Shown: positions 1 to 12,091, counted from the first letter of the stretch. The stretch: DNA of 58,956 bases from Actinomycetota bacterium (GCA_016927325.1 JAFGMY010000170.1:1-58956); one strand, 5' to 3'. Made by a program: numbers and translations. Notes: generated by a model not told the origin, from the sequence alone.

Positions 1-1
1 G

Positions 2-2179
2 CCGGTCCTGAAGACCGTCGACGCTATCACCGCGGACGACGTGGCCCTCGGCGACCGTACCAACATGCTGTTCATGAACGGTGACGCTACCCGGGGGCGG
101 GCGGAGATGGTTGTTACCGCCACGGGCATGTCCACCGAGGTAGGGGGAATCGCCGGAAGCCTGCAGGAAACCACCATTGAAAAAACACCGCTGATAATCC
201 GGCTCGATCAGCTTACCCGCATTATTCTCATAATGGCCGCCCTCGCCTTCGGAGGCGTCCTTGCCGCCGGGCTGTCGAGGGGAGAGGATTTCAAGGTGCT
301 CTTTCAGCTCGGCGTCGCGCTTGCCGTGGGGGCCATACCGGACGCTCTTCCGGCGGTAGTCACCTCGATCCTGTCGATCGGCACCGTCGCCATGGCGAAA
401 GAGAACGCGATTATCAAGCACCTGCCGTCGGTGGAGACACTGGGTTCGACTTCCGCCATCTGTTCGGACAAGACCGGCACCCTCACCATGAACCAGATGA
501 CTGTAAAGACGCTGGTGCTGCCCGGCGCCCGGTTCAGCGTAACCGGTCAGGGCTACAATACCGAGGGCGGCATAAAGCGCGTCGCGGGCGAAGGCGACAC
601 CGCGCTCGACACAGTTCTGCTTCCGATGGTCCTCTGTTCGGACGCCACGGTCCACGACAACAAGTGCGTCGGCGACCCCAACGAGGGGGCCCTGGTGGTG
701 CTGGCGGCGAAGGGGGGCATCGGTGCCGAGGAAACAAGGGTGCATTACCCACGAATTGCCACTCTTCCCTTTGACGCCCAGTACATGCTTATGGCGACCT
801 TCCACAAGATGAAAGGCGAAGACGGGAACCTCGTTGTCAGGTGCTACGTGAAGGGGGCGCCGGACAGGCTGCTGGAGCGGGCGGCAAAGATGCGCATGTG
901 GGACGGCAAAGAGATAAACCTGGATGACGAACTCAAAGGCAAAATCACTGCGGAGATCGATTCGCTGGCCGGTGAGGGGCTCCGCGAGATGGCCGTGGCA
1001 AGGCGTGACATCGACCCCGCACTATTCGACCCCAAGGGGAACCTGCTGGACCTGGTGGAAGATCTTACCCTCCTCGGGCTGGCGGGCATCAAAGATCCGC
1101 CGCGAGAGGAGGCCGCCCGGTCGATAGCCGAGTGCGGGAAGGCCGGGATCAGGGTAAGGATGATCACCGGCGATTACGCGGCGACCGCCAGGGCCGTAGC
1201 CACGGAACTGGGAGTGGAAGGTGAGGTTATAACCGGTGTAGAGCTCGAGAAGATGAGTGCTGGTGAGGCGAGAGAGAGAATAGACAAGATCGGCATAGTG
1301 GCGCGCGTCGCGCCGCAGGACAAGGTGACCGTCGTTCAGGCGTTGAAGAGCAGGGGCGATATCGTCGCGATGACCGGCGACGGCGTGAACGACGCCCCGG
1401 CGCTCAAGGCCGCCGACATCGGTATCGCGATGGGAGTCTCCGGGACCGATGTTGCCCGTGAGGCTGCCGACATGGTGCTTGCCGACGACAACTTCTCTAC
1501 TATTGTGAACGCGGTCAGGGAAGGCCGCATCGTATACGACAACATGATGAAGTTCATCCGCATGCAGATGTCCAACCTCGTCGGGTTTATCCTCGGCTTC
1601 CTCGGCGCGGGTGCGATCGTGAACGTTTCACTGTTTTCACCCGGCCAGGTGATCTGGGTTCACTTCGGCGCACTGCTGTTCATCGGCGCGGCACTCGGGT
1701 TTGACACCCCATCACCCGGCCTCATGGAGAAGAAGCCGAGGCCGGCGGATCAGCCGATAATTGGCTTCCGGTCCGGCACGCAGATCGCGTTTACCGGGCT
1801 CATGATGGCGGCCGCAGCGGTAGGCGGGCGGCAGATCGCTGTGCACGCGGGCTTGAGCGCAGCCACGGCCCAGACTATCGCCCTTACCGTGTTCGCGATC
1901 TCGCATATAGCGGTGGCACTCAACCTGCGCTACCCCGACGTCACCGTGTTCCGTAGGGAGACGCTCACAAACGTGAAGCTGTTCCTTTCTTTCCTGTGGG
2001 CGATCCTGGGCATGGTCGTCATAACAGAAATACCCCTCCTGAGGGATATATTTGAAACAACTCCCCTTACCGCGCCGCAGTGGGGCCTGTGCCTCGCCTC
2101 GACCGTGGTGATACTGCTGATCGGTGAGCTGGCGAAGCTCCTCTGGAGATTCATCCCCGAGATGCGCAGTTCCGCCTGA
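2..2179 (+). CDS. Cation-transporting P-type ATPase (type II, HAD-IC family); 5' end lies outside the window
   Basis: The frame is open from the window edge (PVLKTVDAITADD... precedes the listed Met). Phosphorylation motif CSDKTGTLT, TGD, hinge TGDGVNDAPALK, and C-terminal TM helices are present. Stop codon is TGA. Confidence 0.9.
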   Translation, partial: PVLKTVDAITADDVALGDRTNMLFMNGDATRGRAEMVVTATGMSTEVGGIAGSLQETTIEKTPLIIRLDQLTRIILIMAALAFGGVLAAGLSRGEDFKVLFQLGVALAVGAIPDALPAVVTSILSIGTVAMAKENAIIKHLPSVETLGSTSAICSDKTGTLTMNQMTVKTLVLPGARFSVTGQGYNTEGGIKRVAGEGDTALDTVLLPMVLCSDATVHDNKCVGDPNEGALVVLAAKGGIGAEETRVHYPRIATLPFDAQYMLMATFHKMKGEDGNLVVRCYVKGAPDRLLERAAKMRMWDGKEINLDDELKGKITAEIDSLAGEGLREMAVARRDIDPALFDPKGNLLDLVEDLTLLGLAGIKDPPREEAARSIAECGKAGIRVRMITGDYAATARAVATELGVEGEVITGVELEKMSAGEARERIDKIGIVARVAPQDKVTVVQALKSRGDIVAMTGDGVNDAPALKAADIGIAMGVSGTDVAREAADMVLADDNFSTIVNAVREGRIVYDNMMKFIRMQMSNLVGFILGFLGAGAIVNVSLFSPGQVIWVHFGALLFIGAALGFDTPSPGLMEKKPRPADQPIIGFRSGTQIAFTGLMMAAAAVGGRQIAVHAGLSAATAQTIALTVFAISHIAVALNLRYPDVTVFRRETLTNVKLFLSFLWAILGMVVITEIPLLRDIFETTPLTAPQWGLCLASTVVILLIGELAKLLWRFIPEMRSSA

Positions 2180-2414
2180 CGGCCGTGTATAACGATAAAC
2201 GGGGTCTTTATTCATTGAGTCAGGACTTTTGTTTTAATGTTTGAGGTCTTAGAAAAGAAAAAGATCATTTTGTGTGCGCAAGACGCGTAAGACCCGGCAC
2301 CTTTCGTGGGATCAACCATTGGGTTTGTGTTCGAATCTTTTTATTTTGGCGGTGTAGGTTAAGAAATAAAAGATAAAAGACACAACCCCTTTTACCTATT
2401 CCGGTGTCGGTGAT

Positions 2415-5000
<2,586 letters not shown>

Positions 5001-5364
5001 CTAAAAACCAAGCGTATGGGAACTCACACGTTCCCCCCTTTTGGCAGTTGGCAGTTTTGGTGACTTCATTTATGCCAAACGATTTACCGGCGTATTATAC
5101 TTGCCTGTCTGTAATGTACCAATTTTGCAAATTTTATATATCCCGGCAATATTCTTTATTGCTTATTCTCCTTCAAAGGAGGGTTCACATCTTATTCTCT
5201 GTGCAAATTGTGCTGTTTTTTGGCGGTTTTAATAAACTTGCCCCATTCACGGTCTTTTTTTCGCTTCTCAAGCATTGTCATCTCGTAATACTCAGTGTGA
5301 GACGGTGCCGGAGACGGTGCCGGGTTCTGGTGTGCGCGAAACGCAAGACCTGGTCATGTTCATG

Positions 5365-6432
5365 CTATTTGTCCTTCATGTAGCGGGCAATCCTGTTCCT
5401 GGCGTTTTCCCGGATATCGAAGTAGTAGAACGGATAATCGAAGGGGTGATAGACGCCACTTTCCACCATTTGATTACCTGGTGCCAGTTCACCGGGGTTT
5501 GCCGTGCTGCAGACCAGTACACCCTTTACAGTGTTGACCTGGGCATCAGCGTAGTGTTCCACCTTCAGGGGATTGCCTTTTGAATCGACCACGACGGCGC
5601 CCGTCTTGGGGTCGACCTCGATACCCCCGAGGTTTTGTTCGGCCGTTGCCAATGTTTCTTCCCTTGTCCACGTGATCGGGTTTATGACCATGGCCCCGGG
5701 CATCACAACGGGATCCGGCATCGCGAGATTCTGGCTCACGGTATTGTAAGAGATGATGACCCGGGTATCGTCCGGGCCTGACGCGAACTCCAACTCAGGG
5801 TTCTCGGCAAGGTACTCGGGTGTTACCGAATACCCGATGATATAGGCGGCTATCATTCGCTTATACACGTCGGGATTCTGTTTCATATAGTCTGCCATCA
5901 TGAAGATCAGCACGTTCGAACCCTGCGAATGTCCGGCGAGAATAAACGGACGGCCGTTATTGAGGTTCTTTATGTAGTAATCGAAGGCTGACAGCCCGTC
6001 CTCCGTCGGGTCTCCCTCGATGATAGCGGATTGCTGTTCGGGTGGCAGGCGCAGCACGTCCGCGCTCGATTGGCGGTAGTAGGGGGAGTATATGTTGGCC
6101 TCGGTCTCGAAGGCAGTGGCTGTGCAGGAGAACTTCGCCTTGGCGGCCGAGCGCATCTGGGCATCGTCGATGGCGCAGATGTTCGGCGAGTTCTCGTTTG
6201 GTTTCTGGTAAGTGGTCGGCCCCAGAAAGAATACATCCACGTCTTTGGTGGCATTGGCGGGTAGCGAAAGCCAGTTTGAAGAGTTTGCGTAGTCCGGCAC
6301 GCCCTGACTGTCGGTCGCAGGGACCTTATCGGAGGGCATCCCGCTCGAACCGCTTCCGCAGCCTGCAAGCAGCACAACCGAGCATAACGAAGCGATTAGA
6401 CCGAATGTGATACCGGATTTCTTATTCATCAT
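5365..6432 (-). CDS. Lipoprotein, DUF3089-type alpha/beta hydrolase
   Basis: Signal peptide with lipobox LLAGC. Nucleophile elbow GHSQGS preceded by GRPFILA. YSPYYRQ motif typical of DUF3089. Stop codon is TAG. Confidence 0.7.
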   Translation of the reverse strand: MMNKKSGITFGLIASLCSVVLLAGCGSGSSGMPSDKVPATDSQGVPDYANSSNWLSLPANATKDVDVFFLGPTTYQKPNENSPNICAIDDAQMRSAAKAKFSCTATAFETEANIYSPYYRQSSADVLRLPPEQQSAIIEGDPTEDGLSAFDYYIKNLNNGRPFILAGHSQGSNVLIFMMADYMKQNPDVYKRMIAAYIIGYSVTPEYLAENPELEFASGPDDTRVIISYNTVSQNLAMPDPVVMPGAMVINPITWTREETLATAEQNLGGIEVDPKTGAVVVDSKGNPLKVEHYADAQVNTVKGVLVCSTANPGELAPGNQMVESGVYHPFDYPFYYFDIRENARNRIARYMKDK

Positions 6433-6771
6433 TGTGCAACCCCTTCATGGACGTCAGGCGACATTGTGTTACTCGGATTACTTTTGAATTGCCCTGATTG
6501 ACATTATAGGGCCGCCGGACTCCGCGCGCAATATTGACGGTATTCACTGTTATGGTATTAAAATTGTCTGGGAGTCTCTGTCTTCAGGGTCTTTCTTCTT
6601 TCCTTTTCATCACCCGGCCTGCGGCCTCTATCCGTCATATGGTTCATCATTGAAAATTTACCATATCACACGCGGAGAGCGGAAAAGCAATAAACCAAAT
6701 AGCAGATACCCGCACGCATGCGGCTGCATTCGGAATATAATTGGCGTAAACATAAGCGACAGGGAGGAGTA

Positions 6772-7101
6772 ATGAAGAAAGCGGTTATATAGGCATGTCT
6801 TGTTCTGCTGTATCTTGGAAGCATTCTTGTTGCGGGGTGCGGCGGGTCCGGCGAGCCCGATCTGGAGGGTGTGTACAAGCTCAAGGCGGGTGAAACCATC
6901 GCGGTGTTGACACTTAAGGCCGACGGCAAAGCGACTTATTCCCTGTCTGAAGGTACCGAAGGGCTGCCCGTCAAGTATAAGGTTGAAGGTGGAGAGTAGG
7001 TTCTAATCGGCGCCGACGGCCAAGAAATTTCCTCGGCTAAATTTACGATTGAGGACAAAGGCCTCCGCGACAGTACCGGGAATCTCCGGGAAAAGGAGTA
7101 A
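6772..7101 (+). pseudogene. Small lipoprotein gene interrupted by two in-frame TAG codons (6790-6792 and 6997-6999)
   Basis: GGGAGG sits 5 nt upstream of ATG 6772. Translation is MKKAVI*ACLVLLYLGSILVAGCGGSGEPDLEGVYKLKAGE...KVEGGE*VLIGADGQEISSAKFTIEDKGLRDSTGNLREKE, ending in TAA. A classical lipoprotein signal peptide and lipobox (LVAGC) are only formed if the first TAG is read through. Confidence 0.55.
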
Positions 7102-7173
7102 GCGGCTTCTTTTCTTCCATGATAATTCTTCGTGGGGATTTTTCTCAAAGGATTTCAGTGAAAGGTTGTCACC

Positions 7174-7827
7174 GTGGCTGCACAATATGAAATAAGAAAA
7201 TTTAACGCCCGGAGGGACATTGAGGGAGCCTACAAGGCGTTTGCCGACGGCTTCCGCCGCAACTCCTGGCCGCTGATCGACCAGGCGGAACCGGCTATGC
7301 TTAAGGACGCGATTCTCGACTGGGCAGAGTTGAGTGACGTATCCCTTGTCGCGGAAGCCGACGGTAAAGCATGCGCCATACTTCTCGGCAGTTTCCCGCG
7401 CGAGGGTTCCAGGATTTCAAGGATTTTCGGCAGCCTCAGGTTAGAGGCCGGGCAGATAAGCCGGGTATTGGCCGGGCGGTATGAGATGACGCCGCTCGCC
7501 CGCTCGGCTTTCCGGCACCAACTGATAGGCGATCTGATATATGTTTACCATACTCCGAAAAGCCCGGCGGAAATATTGCTCCTCTCTTCGCAGAATGAAT
7601 ACCGCGGCGGGATAGGCAGGGCGCTGATGGACGCATGGGTCGCGGAGGTCCGGCGGCGCGGGTACTCTGAGACAGTCGTCGGCACCGATTCCACGCTCAG
7701 CTACGGTTTCTATGAGAAATACGGTTTCAAGCGGATACGGGAGTTTTCCCTGAAGACGTACAGGGACGCCCTTCCCGGGGAGAAGGTGAAAGGTTATATC
7801 TACCGTCTCGATATTGGCAGGGAGTGA
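7174..7827 (+). CDS. GNAT-family N-acetyltransferase
   Basis: Acetyl-CoA binding motif A-like segment RGGIGRALMDAWVAEVRRRGY, followed by YGFYEKYGFKRI. GTG start. Confidence 0.65.
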   Translation: MAAQYEIRKFNARRDIEGAYKAFADGFRRNSWPLIDQAEPAMLKDAILDWAELSDVSLVAEADGKACAILLGSFPREGSRISRIFGSLRLEAGQISRVLAGRYEMTPLARSAFRHQLIGDLIYVYHTPKSPAEILLLSSQNEYRGGIGRALMDAWVAEVRRRGYSETVVGTDSTLSYGFYEKYGFKRIREFSLKTYRDALPGEKVKGYIYRLDIGRE

Positions 7828-7868
7828 CGCACCCGGCGGAAAAATGTGGTTTGCGGTTACGGAGCCTG

Positions 7869-8153
7869 TCAGAACTCCCGGTCTTTCCAGTTCCACCACT
7901 TGAGAAGTTCGGGATCATGCCTGCTGTTTGAGGCGAAGTAAACAGCGCAACGGAACACGTACAGCACACACCGGTCAACCTGCGTCCCCCTGGCTGCACA
8001 AAGCCTGTTGTAGAGATCTTCGGGATCTTTGCTTTTCAAGTCGGCTACCTTTTCAATGCCGACGCGGTGAAGGTCTCTGGATATGCTCGGCCCGACACCC
8101 GGAATCGCGAGCAGTCCGTCTCTGGCGGTCACCCGGTTTTTCACCACGATCAC
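7869..8153 (-). CDS. Helix-hairpin-helix protein (Cdd1 / 'pathogenicity locus' PF11731-like)
   Basis: LLAIPGVGPSISRDLHRVGIEKVADL HhH motif, followed by LYVFRCAVYFA and a WWNWKD C-terminal signature recalled for this family. Confidence 0.55.
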   Translation of the reverse strand: MIVVKNRVTARDGLLAIPGVGPSISRDLHRVGIEKVADLKSKDPEDLYNRLCAARGTQVDRCVLYVFRCAVYFASNSRHDPELLKWWNWKDREF

Positions 8154-8315
8154 TCCCGGTCTTGTCGAAGTCTGCCGTGTTCGGTATACAATGGTTCAGT
8201 AACTATCGTTACAACTGTTTTCGATCTGGCCGATGGTATTTCGGCTTCACTGATTATACTGAATTAAGGCGGATTATCAGCGCGCAAAGATATAATATCA
8301 GGCAGGGAGGCGGCT

Positions 8316-8666
8316 TTGGAGCTCAGGTACCACCATATGGGAATTCCAACGGATAAAGTAAGAGACGGGGAAACTTACCTGGAAAAATCAAAGGTTTTCA
8401 TTTCGGGTTATGAGGACAGCGACTACGGTATTGAGTGGCTGAGGTTCGAGGACGACTCGGAGCTTCCTGAAATCGTACGGAAGCTGCCCCATATCGCTTT
8501 CGCGGTGGACGACGTTTATGAGGCCATCGAGGGTAAGGACGTCCTGATCGAGCCTGACAGCCCCTCGGATGGGGTTATATGTGCATTTATAGTCGAGAAC
8601 GGTGCGCCGGTGGAGTTCATAAAGATCGACCCGGAAAAGGACACGCTGTTCAGGGAGAGTAACTGA
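8316..8666 (+). CDS. VOC (glyoxalase/bleomycin-resistance fold)-like small protein
   Basis: 116 aa with an HHMGIP start and PHIAFAVDD segment typical of VOC half-domains. Its stop overlaps the next start (TGATG). Confidence 0.45.
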   Translation: MELRYHHMGIPTDKVRDGETYLEKSKVFISGYEDSDYGIEWLRFEDDSELPEIVRKLPHIAFAVDDVYEAIEGKDVLIEPDSPSDGVICAFIVENGAPVEFIKIDPEKDTLFRESN

Positions 8667-9124
8667 TGCCCGGGTTCAAGGTGAGTCTTATTGTCAAACA
8701 ACCTCCGGAGGTCGTAGCCAGGGCGCTGGGCGATCCGGAAAATACGGTTCGGTGGACCTCCGGCCTTCAGAGGTTTGAAGTGGTAAAAGGCAACTCCGGT
8801 GAGACCGGTGCTCTTGCCCGCCTCCACTACGTGGAGAGGGGCCGTGAGTACGTGATGGAGGATTATCTCGAATACTGCGCCCCTGAAAAGAAATATGTGT
8901 CGAGGGTTTCGGGAAACGGGATGAATGTGCGCGTGGAGACTATCCTGACCCCGGTTGAGGACGGAACGGAAATAGCTGTGTTCTGGTCCGGCACAAGCGA
9001 CTCCCTGCCGGCGGGGATAATACTGCCGTTTATGGGGGGCGTCATAAAGCGAAGGGCCCTGGCCGATCTCAAAACTTTCAAGAACCTTGTCGAGGAACAC
9101 GGTGCGAGGTTTCCCAGGGCTTGA
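8666..9124 (+). CDS. SRPBCC (START / polyketide cyclase-like) family protein
   Basis: 152 aa with an SRPBCC-like pattern (IVKQPPEVVARALGDPEN..RW; beta-rich middle). Translationally coupled to the upstream ORF. Confidence 0.55.
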   Translation: MPGFKVSLIVKQPPEVVARALGDPENTVRWTSGLQRFEVVKGNSGETGALARLHYVERGREYVMEDYLEYCAPEKKYVSRVSGNGMNVRVETILTPVEDGTEIAVFWSGTSDSLPAGIILPFMGGVIKRRALADLKTFKNLVEEHGARFPRA

Positions 9125-9345
9125 TATACGCTGAAGGCCGGCGGCTTTCAACGAAGAAAGGCTTACCGGGGTTAATGGATTACCGATCCCTGAGTTGTCT
9201 GTCGGAGAACAGCGGTGTGAAGCAAAGTTGAAATTCAGGAAGCGACATCAAGAAAAGAATAGAGCGTCAAGAGCGGTGATCCTTATCACCGTAATGAAAA
9301 TCCCCTGATTCTCCAGGACGGTTTATAAAGCGGACAATCGGCAGA

Positions 9346-9552
9346 CTACTTTTCTTCGCGCGGGCCGAGCACCGCGTCTTCCAGTTCACGCTTGAGATCG
9401 CCCTGCAGGTTGTCTGTTGACTGTTTCGCTTTTTTAAATCCCTGTATGCTTTCGCCGAGCGACCTCGCCACCTGAGGCAGGCGTGAAGGTCCGAATACAA
9501 CGATCGCGAGTATCAATATGATTACCAGTTCCGTCGGTCCCAGTCCGAACAT
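9346..9552 (-). CDS. tatA: Twin-arginine translocase subunit TatA/E
   Basis: MFGLGPTELVIILILAIVVFGPSRLPQVARSLGESIQGFKKA is the canonical TatA TM helix plus FGP hinge plus amphipathic helix. Stop codon is TAG. Confidence 0.9.
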   Translation of the reverse strand: MFGLGPTELVIILILAIVVFGPSRLPQVARSLGESIQGFKKAKQSTDNLQGDLKRELEDAVLGPREEK

Positions 9553-9628
9553 ATCAGTTCCCTTTCAGTGGGATATACTCAATCTCTTCTCGAATTCGCG
9601 GACGATAGACATTATATCCCAGTTGCTG

Positions 9629-9657
9629 TTGATAAGGGTATAATTGTGTGATATACT
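9629..9657 (+). promoter_or_regulatory. Sigma70-type promoter for the TetR-ABC operon
   Basis: TTGATA (9629-9634), a 17-nt spacer, then an extended -10 TGaTATACT (9649-9657). It lies about 55 nt upstream of the TetR start. Confidence 0.5.
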
Positions 9658-9673
9658 GACTGACAGTCAGTCA
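9657..9673. promoter_or_regulatory. 17-bp perfect palindrome, probable TetR operator
   Basis: TGACTGAC-A-GTCAGTCA overlaps the last base of the -10 and the expected transcription start. It lies in the divergent tatA / TetR intergenic region. Confidence 0.55.
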
Positions 9674-9712
9674 ATACAATTTCAAAACGATGAATTGAAA
9701 TGGATTCTATAG

Positions 9713-10333
9713 GTGATTGATTTGGTAAGGGTAAAAAAGCCGCCGATGGAGCGTGAAGCGGAACTGGTTGAAGCGGCACGGCAGCTGTTTGTTGAAAACG
9801 GATATGACGCGACAAGCGTCAGCGATATCGTCAAGGCCGCCGGTGTCGCGCAGGGGACATTCTACTGGTACTTTAATTCCAAGGAAAAGGTTCTCGATGC
9901 GGTGGCGGAAAGGTTCGCGGGGAAGATATTCGAGAGGATCAAGAGGGTTGCCGAATCCGACGAGCTGACGCCGGACCGGAAAATATGGGCAATTTTTGAA
10001 GCGGCGGGGTCGTCGGTGGAGGAAGGCGGGAAAATAGTCGAGGAGTTTCATTCGCCGAAGTTCAGCCGCTACCATGACAGGATAGCCCGGTACTTCCTGA
10101 AAAGACTGATCCCGGTTTTGAGCCGGGTGATATTCGAAGGCGTCGAGCAGGGGGTATTCGATACCCCATCCCCGGAGATGGCGGCGATCTTTATCCTGGC
10201 GCCCGGCCTTTATACCGACGAGGATATACCCTTTGAGGGAAAGAAATCGATCGAGCATTTTTCGGATGAATACATGGACATAATAAGGCGGGTCCTCGGG
10301 CTTTCTCCCGGGAGTGGTCCCGCTGGACAGTAA
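9713..10333 (+). CDS. TetR/AcrR-family transcriptional regulator
   Basis: N-terminal HTH AARQLFVENGYDATSVSDIVKAAGVAQGTFYWYFNSKEKVL. The true start may be the internal ATG near 9746. Confidence 0.85.
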   Translation: MIDLVRVKKPPMEREAELVEAARQLFVENGYDATSVSDIVKAAGVAQGTFYWYFNSKEKVLDAVAERFAGKIFERIKRVAESDELTPDRKIWAIFEAAGSSVEEGGKIVEEFHSPKFSRYHDRIARYFLKRLIPVLSRVIFEGVEQGVFDTPSPEMAAIFILAPGLYTDEDIPFEGKKSIEHFSDEYMDIIRRVLGLSPGSGPAGQ

Positions 10334-10345
10334 GAAGGCAGGAAA

Positions 10346-11281
10346 ATGGATACGGTTGTTTCTACAGATCGACTTACCAAGGCGTTCGGCGATGTACTCG
10401 CCGTGGACCGCCTTTCCCTCGAGGTGGGAGCCGGTGAGATATACGGCTTTCTCGGACTAAACGGTGCGGGCAAGACTACCACAATCCGCATGCTGCTCGG
10501 GATGATAAGGCCGACCGGTGGGTCTGCTGATGTATTCGGTAATACGGTGGGTCCGAACGCGCATGAACTATGGTCGCGGGTGGGGTATTTGGTCGAGATG
10601 CCTTACTCATATCCGCAGCTCACCGTAAAGGAAAACCTGGAGGTTATTCGACGGCTCCGGTTGATGGATGACCCGAATGCGGTGGACAGGGTAATGGACC
10701 TCATGGCCCTCACTAAATACGCCGATCGCCGCACACGGACTCTTTCCCAGGGAAACGAACAGAGGCTCGGGATCGCCAGGGCGATAATACACGAACCGGA
10801 GCTCCTGATCCTGGACGAGCCGGCGAACGGCCTCGACCCGGCGGGAGTAGTGGAAATCCGTGAGCTATTGAAGAGGCTCTCCCGGGAACGCGGTGTGACG
10901 GTATTCATGTCAAGCCATATACTGGCGGAGGTAGCGCGGCTTGCTACGAGAATAGGGATTATTCATGAGGGACGCCTTCTGGAAGAGTTCGACTCAGACC
11001 AGCTTGACGCCCGCCTGCGCCCGCGGCTCCATATCGACTCGCGAGACAGGGAAGCCGCCCGCCTCGTACTGGAGTCCAAAGGGTTCAGGCCTGTGACAGT
11101 CGGCGACGGCATACTGGAGCTTGCTTCCGAGGATGCGATAAACAACCCCGACCGGATAGCCCGGCTTCTCGTCGAATCCGGCCAGCCGCCGACATTGCTG
11201 CAAGTAAGACAACAGGACCTTGAGACCCATTTTCTTCAAATGGTAAACGCTTCCGGAGATGAGCAAAATGAAAGGGTTTAA
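10346..11281 (+). CDS. ABC transporter ATP-binding protein (ABC-2 / DrrA-like exporter type)
   Basis: Walker A GLNGAGKTT, signature LSQGNEQRL, Walker B LLILDEP, H-loop SSHIL. Confidence 0.9.
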   Translation: MDTVVSTDRLTKAFGDVLAVDRLSLEVGAGEIYGFLGLNGAGKTTTIRMLLGMIRPTGGSADVFGNTVGPNAHELWSRVGYLVEMPYSYPQLTVKENLEVIRRLRLMDDPNAVDRVMDLMALTKYADRRTRTLSQGNEQRLGIARAIIHEPELLILDEPANGLDPAGVVEIRELLKRLSRERGVTVFMSSHILAEVARLATRIGIIHEGRLLEEFDSDQLDARLRPRLHIDSRDREAARLVLESKGFRPVTVGDGILELASEDAINNPDRIARLLVESGQPPTLLQVRQQDLETHFLQMVNASGDEQNERV

Positions 11282-12056
11282 AAATGCACTGTGGACCGAG
11301 GCGCTGAAAGCAAGACGTTCGAAGTTGCCTCTGCTGGGAATACTGATCTGCTGCATTATACCGGTAGTCTGCGGCCTCTTCATGCTGATCCTCAAGAACC
11401 CCGATTTTGCCAAGAACATCGGCCTGATTGGGGCGAAAGCGCAGCTTGCGGCCGGTTCCGCCGACTGGCCTTCCTACCTCGGCGTTGTTTCCCAGGCTAC
11501 GGCTATCGCGGGGCTTCTGCTCTTCAGCCTTATCGCGATCTGGGTATTCGGCCGGGAGTATTCAGACAGGACACTGAAGGATATACTCGCGGTTCCGACT
11601 TCGCGCTCCCGGATAGTGGCAGCCAAGTTTACGATAGTGGTTGTCTGGTCGGTGCTCCTTTCCGCACTGATACTGGGCCTGAGTTTTATAATCGGCGCCG
11701 CCGTCAATATTCCCAAGTGGTCTCAATCGGTCGCGTTTAGCGCAGCCGGTCACATAGCAGGCACCGCGGGACTTACGATAGTGCTCATTCTACCGGCCGC
11801 TTTTGTTACCTGTGCGGGGCGAGGCTACCTCCCCGGCTTCGGGTATACCCTGATTACGCTCGTTGCCGGCATGATATTCGCTGCGACCGGCTGGGGCGTT
11901 TATGTGCCCTGGTCCATCCCGGCGCTCTACAGCGGCGCGGCGGGAACAGAGGGAGGAACCCCTGGGGTTTTCAGCTTCATTATTGTTGTGTTGACCGGGA
12001 TAACAGGCGCGGCCGCCGCGTTTTACTGGTTGACGCACGCCGACCAGACACGCTGA
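11259..12056 (+). CDS. ABC-2 family transporter permease
   Basis: About 6 hydrophobic helices. Overlaps or abuts the ATPase gene. The likely start is ATG 11268, about 10 nt after GGAG. Confidence 0.7.
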   Translation: MSKMKGFKNALWTEALKARRSKLPLLGILICCIIPVVCGLFMLILKNPDFAKNIGLIGAKAQLAAGSADWPSYLGVVSQATAIAGLLLFSLIAIWVFGREYSDRTLKDILAVPTSRSRIVAAKFTIVVVWSVLLSALILGLSFIIGAAVNIPKWSQSVAFSAAGHIAGTAGLTIVLILPAAFVTCAGRGYLPGFGYTLITLVAGMIFAATGWGVYVPWSIPALYSGAAGTEGGTPGVFSFIIVVLTGITGAAAAFYWLTHADQTR

Positions 12057-12091
12057 GAACTTGCGTCCGGACTGGAGCCAAGCTGAAAATA

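Noticed and set aside
2327-2337. tRNA-like T-loop string GTGTTCGAATC in the ATPase/Pps spacer
   Set aside because: The flanking bases do not form a T-stem, acceptor stem or anticodon arm. I see no cloverleaf, so this is not a tRNA or a convincing tRNA remnant. The same conclusion applies to GGTTCAAATC near 49793.
5192-5281. 29-codon minus-strand ORF (MTMLEKRKKDREWGKFIKTAKKQHNLHRE) between the DUF3089 and Pps-like genes
   Set aside because: It has no convincing Shine-Dalgarno sequence, sits in an AT-rich spacer where short ORFs arise by chance, and has no recognisable family.
5299-5322. Perfect tandem duplication GAGACGGTGCCG x2 downstream of the DUF3089 gene
   Set aside because: It has only two 12-nt copies, no hairpin potential and no coding context. 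It is most likely a slippage duplication without demonstrable function.
8516-9151. 211-aa minus-strand ORF; similar long antisense ORFs at 9707-10258, 1712-2215, 36475-37110, 29579-30295, 23136-23783, 54070-54678 and 56134-56766
   Set aside because: Each fully overlaps a motif-supported gene on the opposite strand. They have Arg/Pro/Ser-rich low-complexity translations and no recognisable domains. These are typical shadow ORFs of GC-rich coding DNA.
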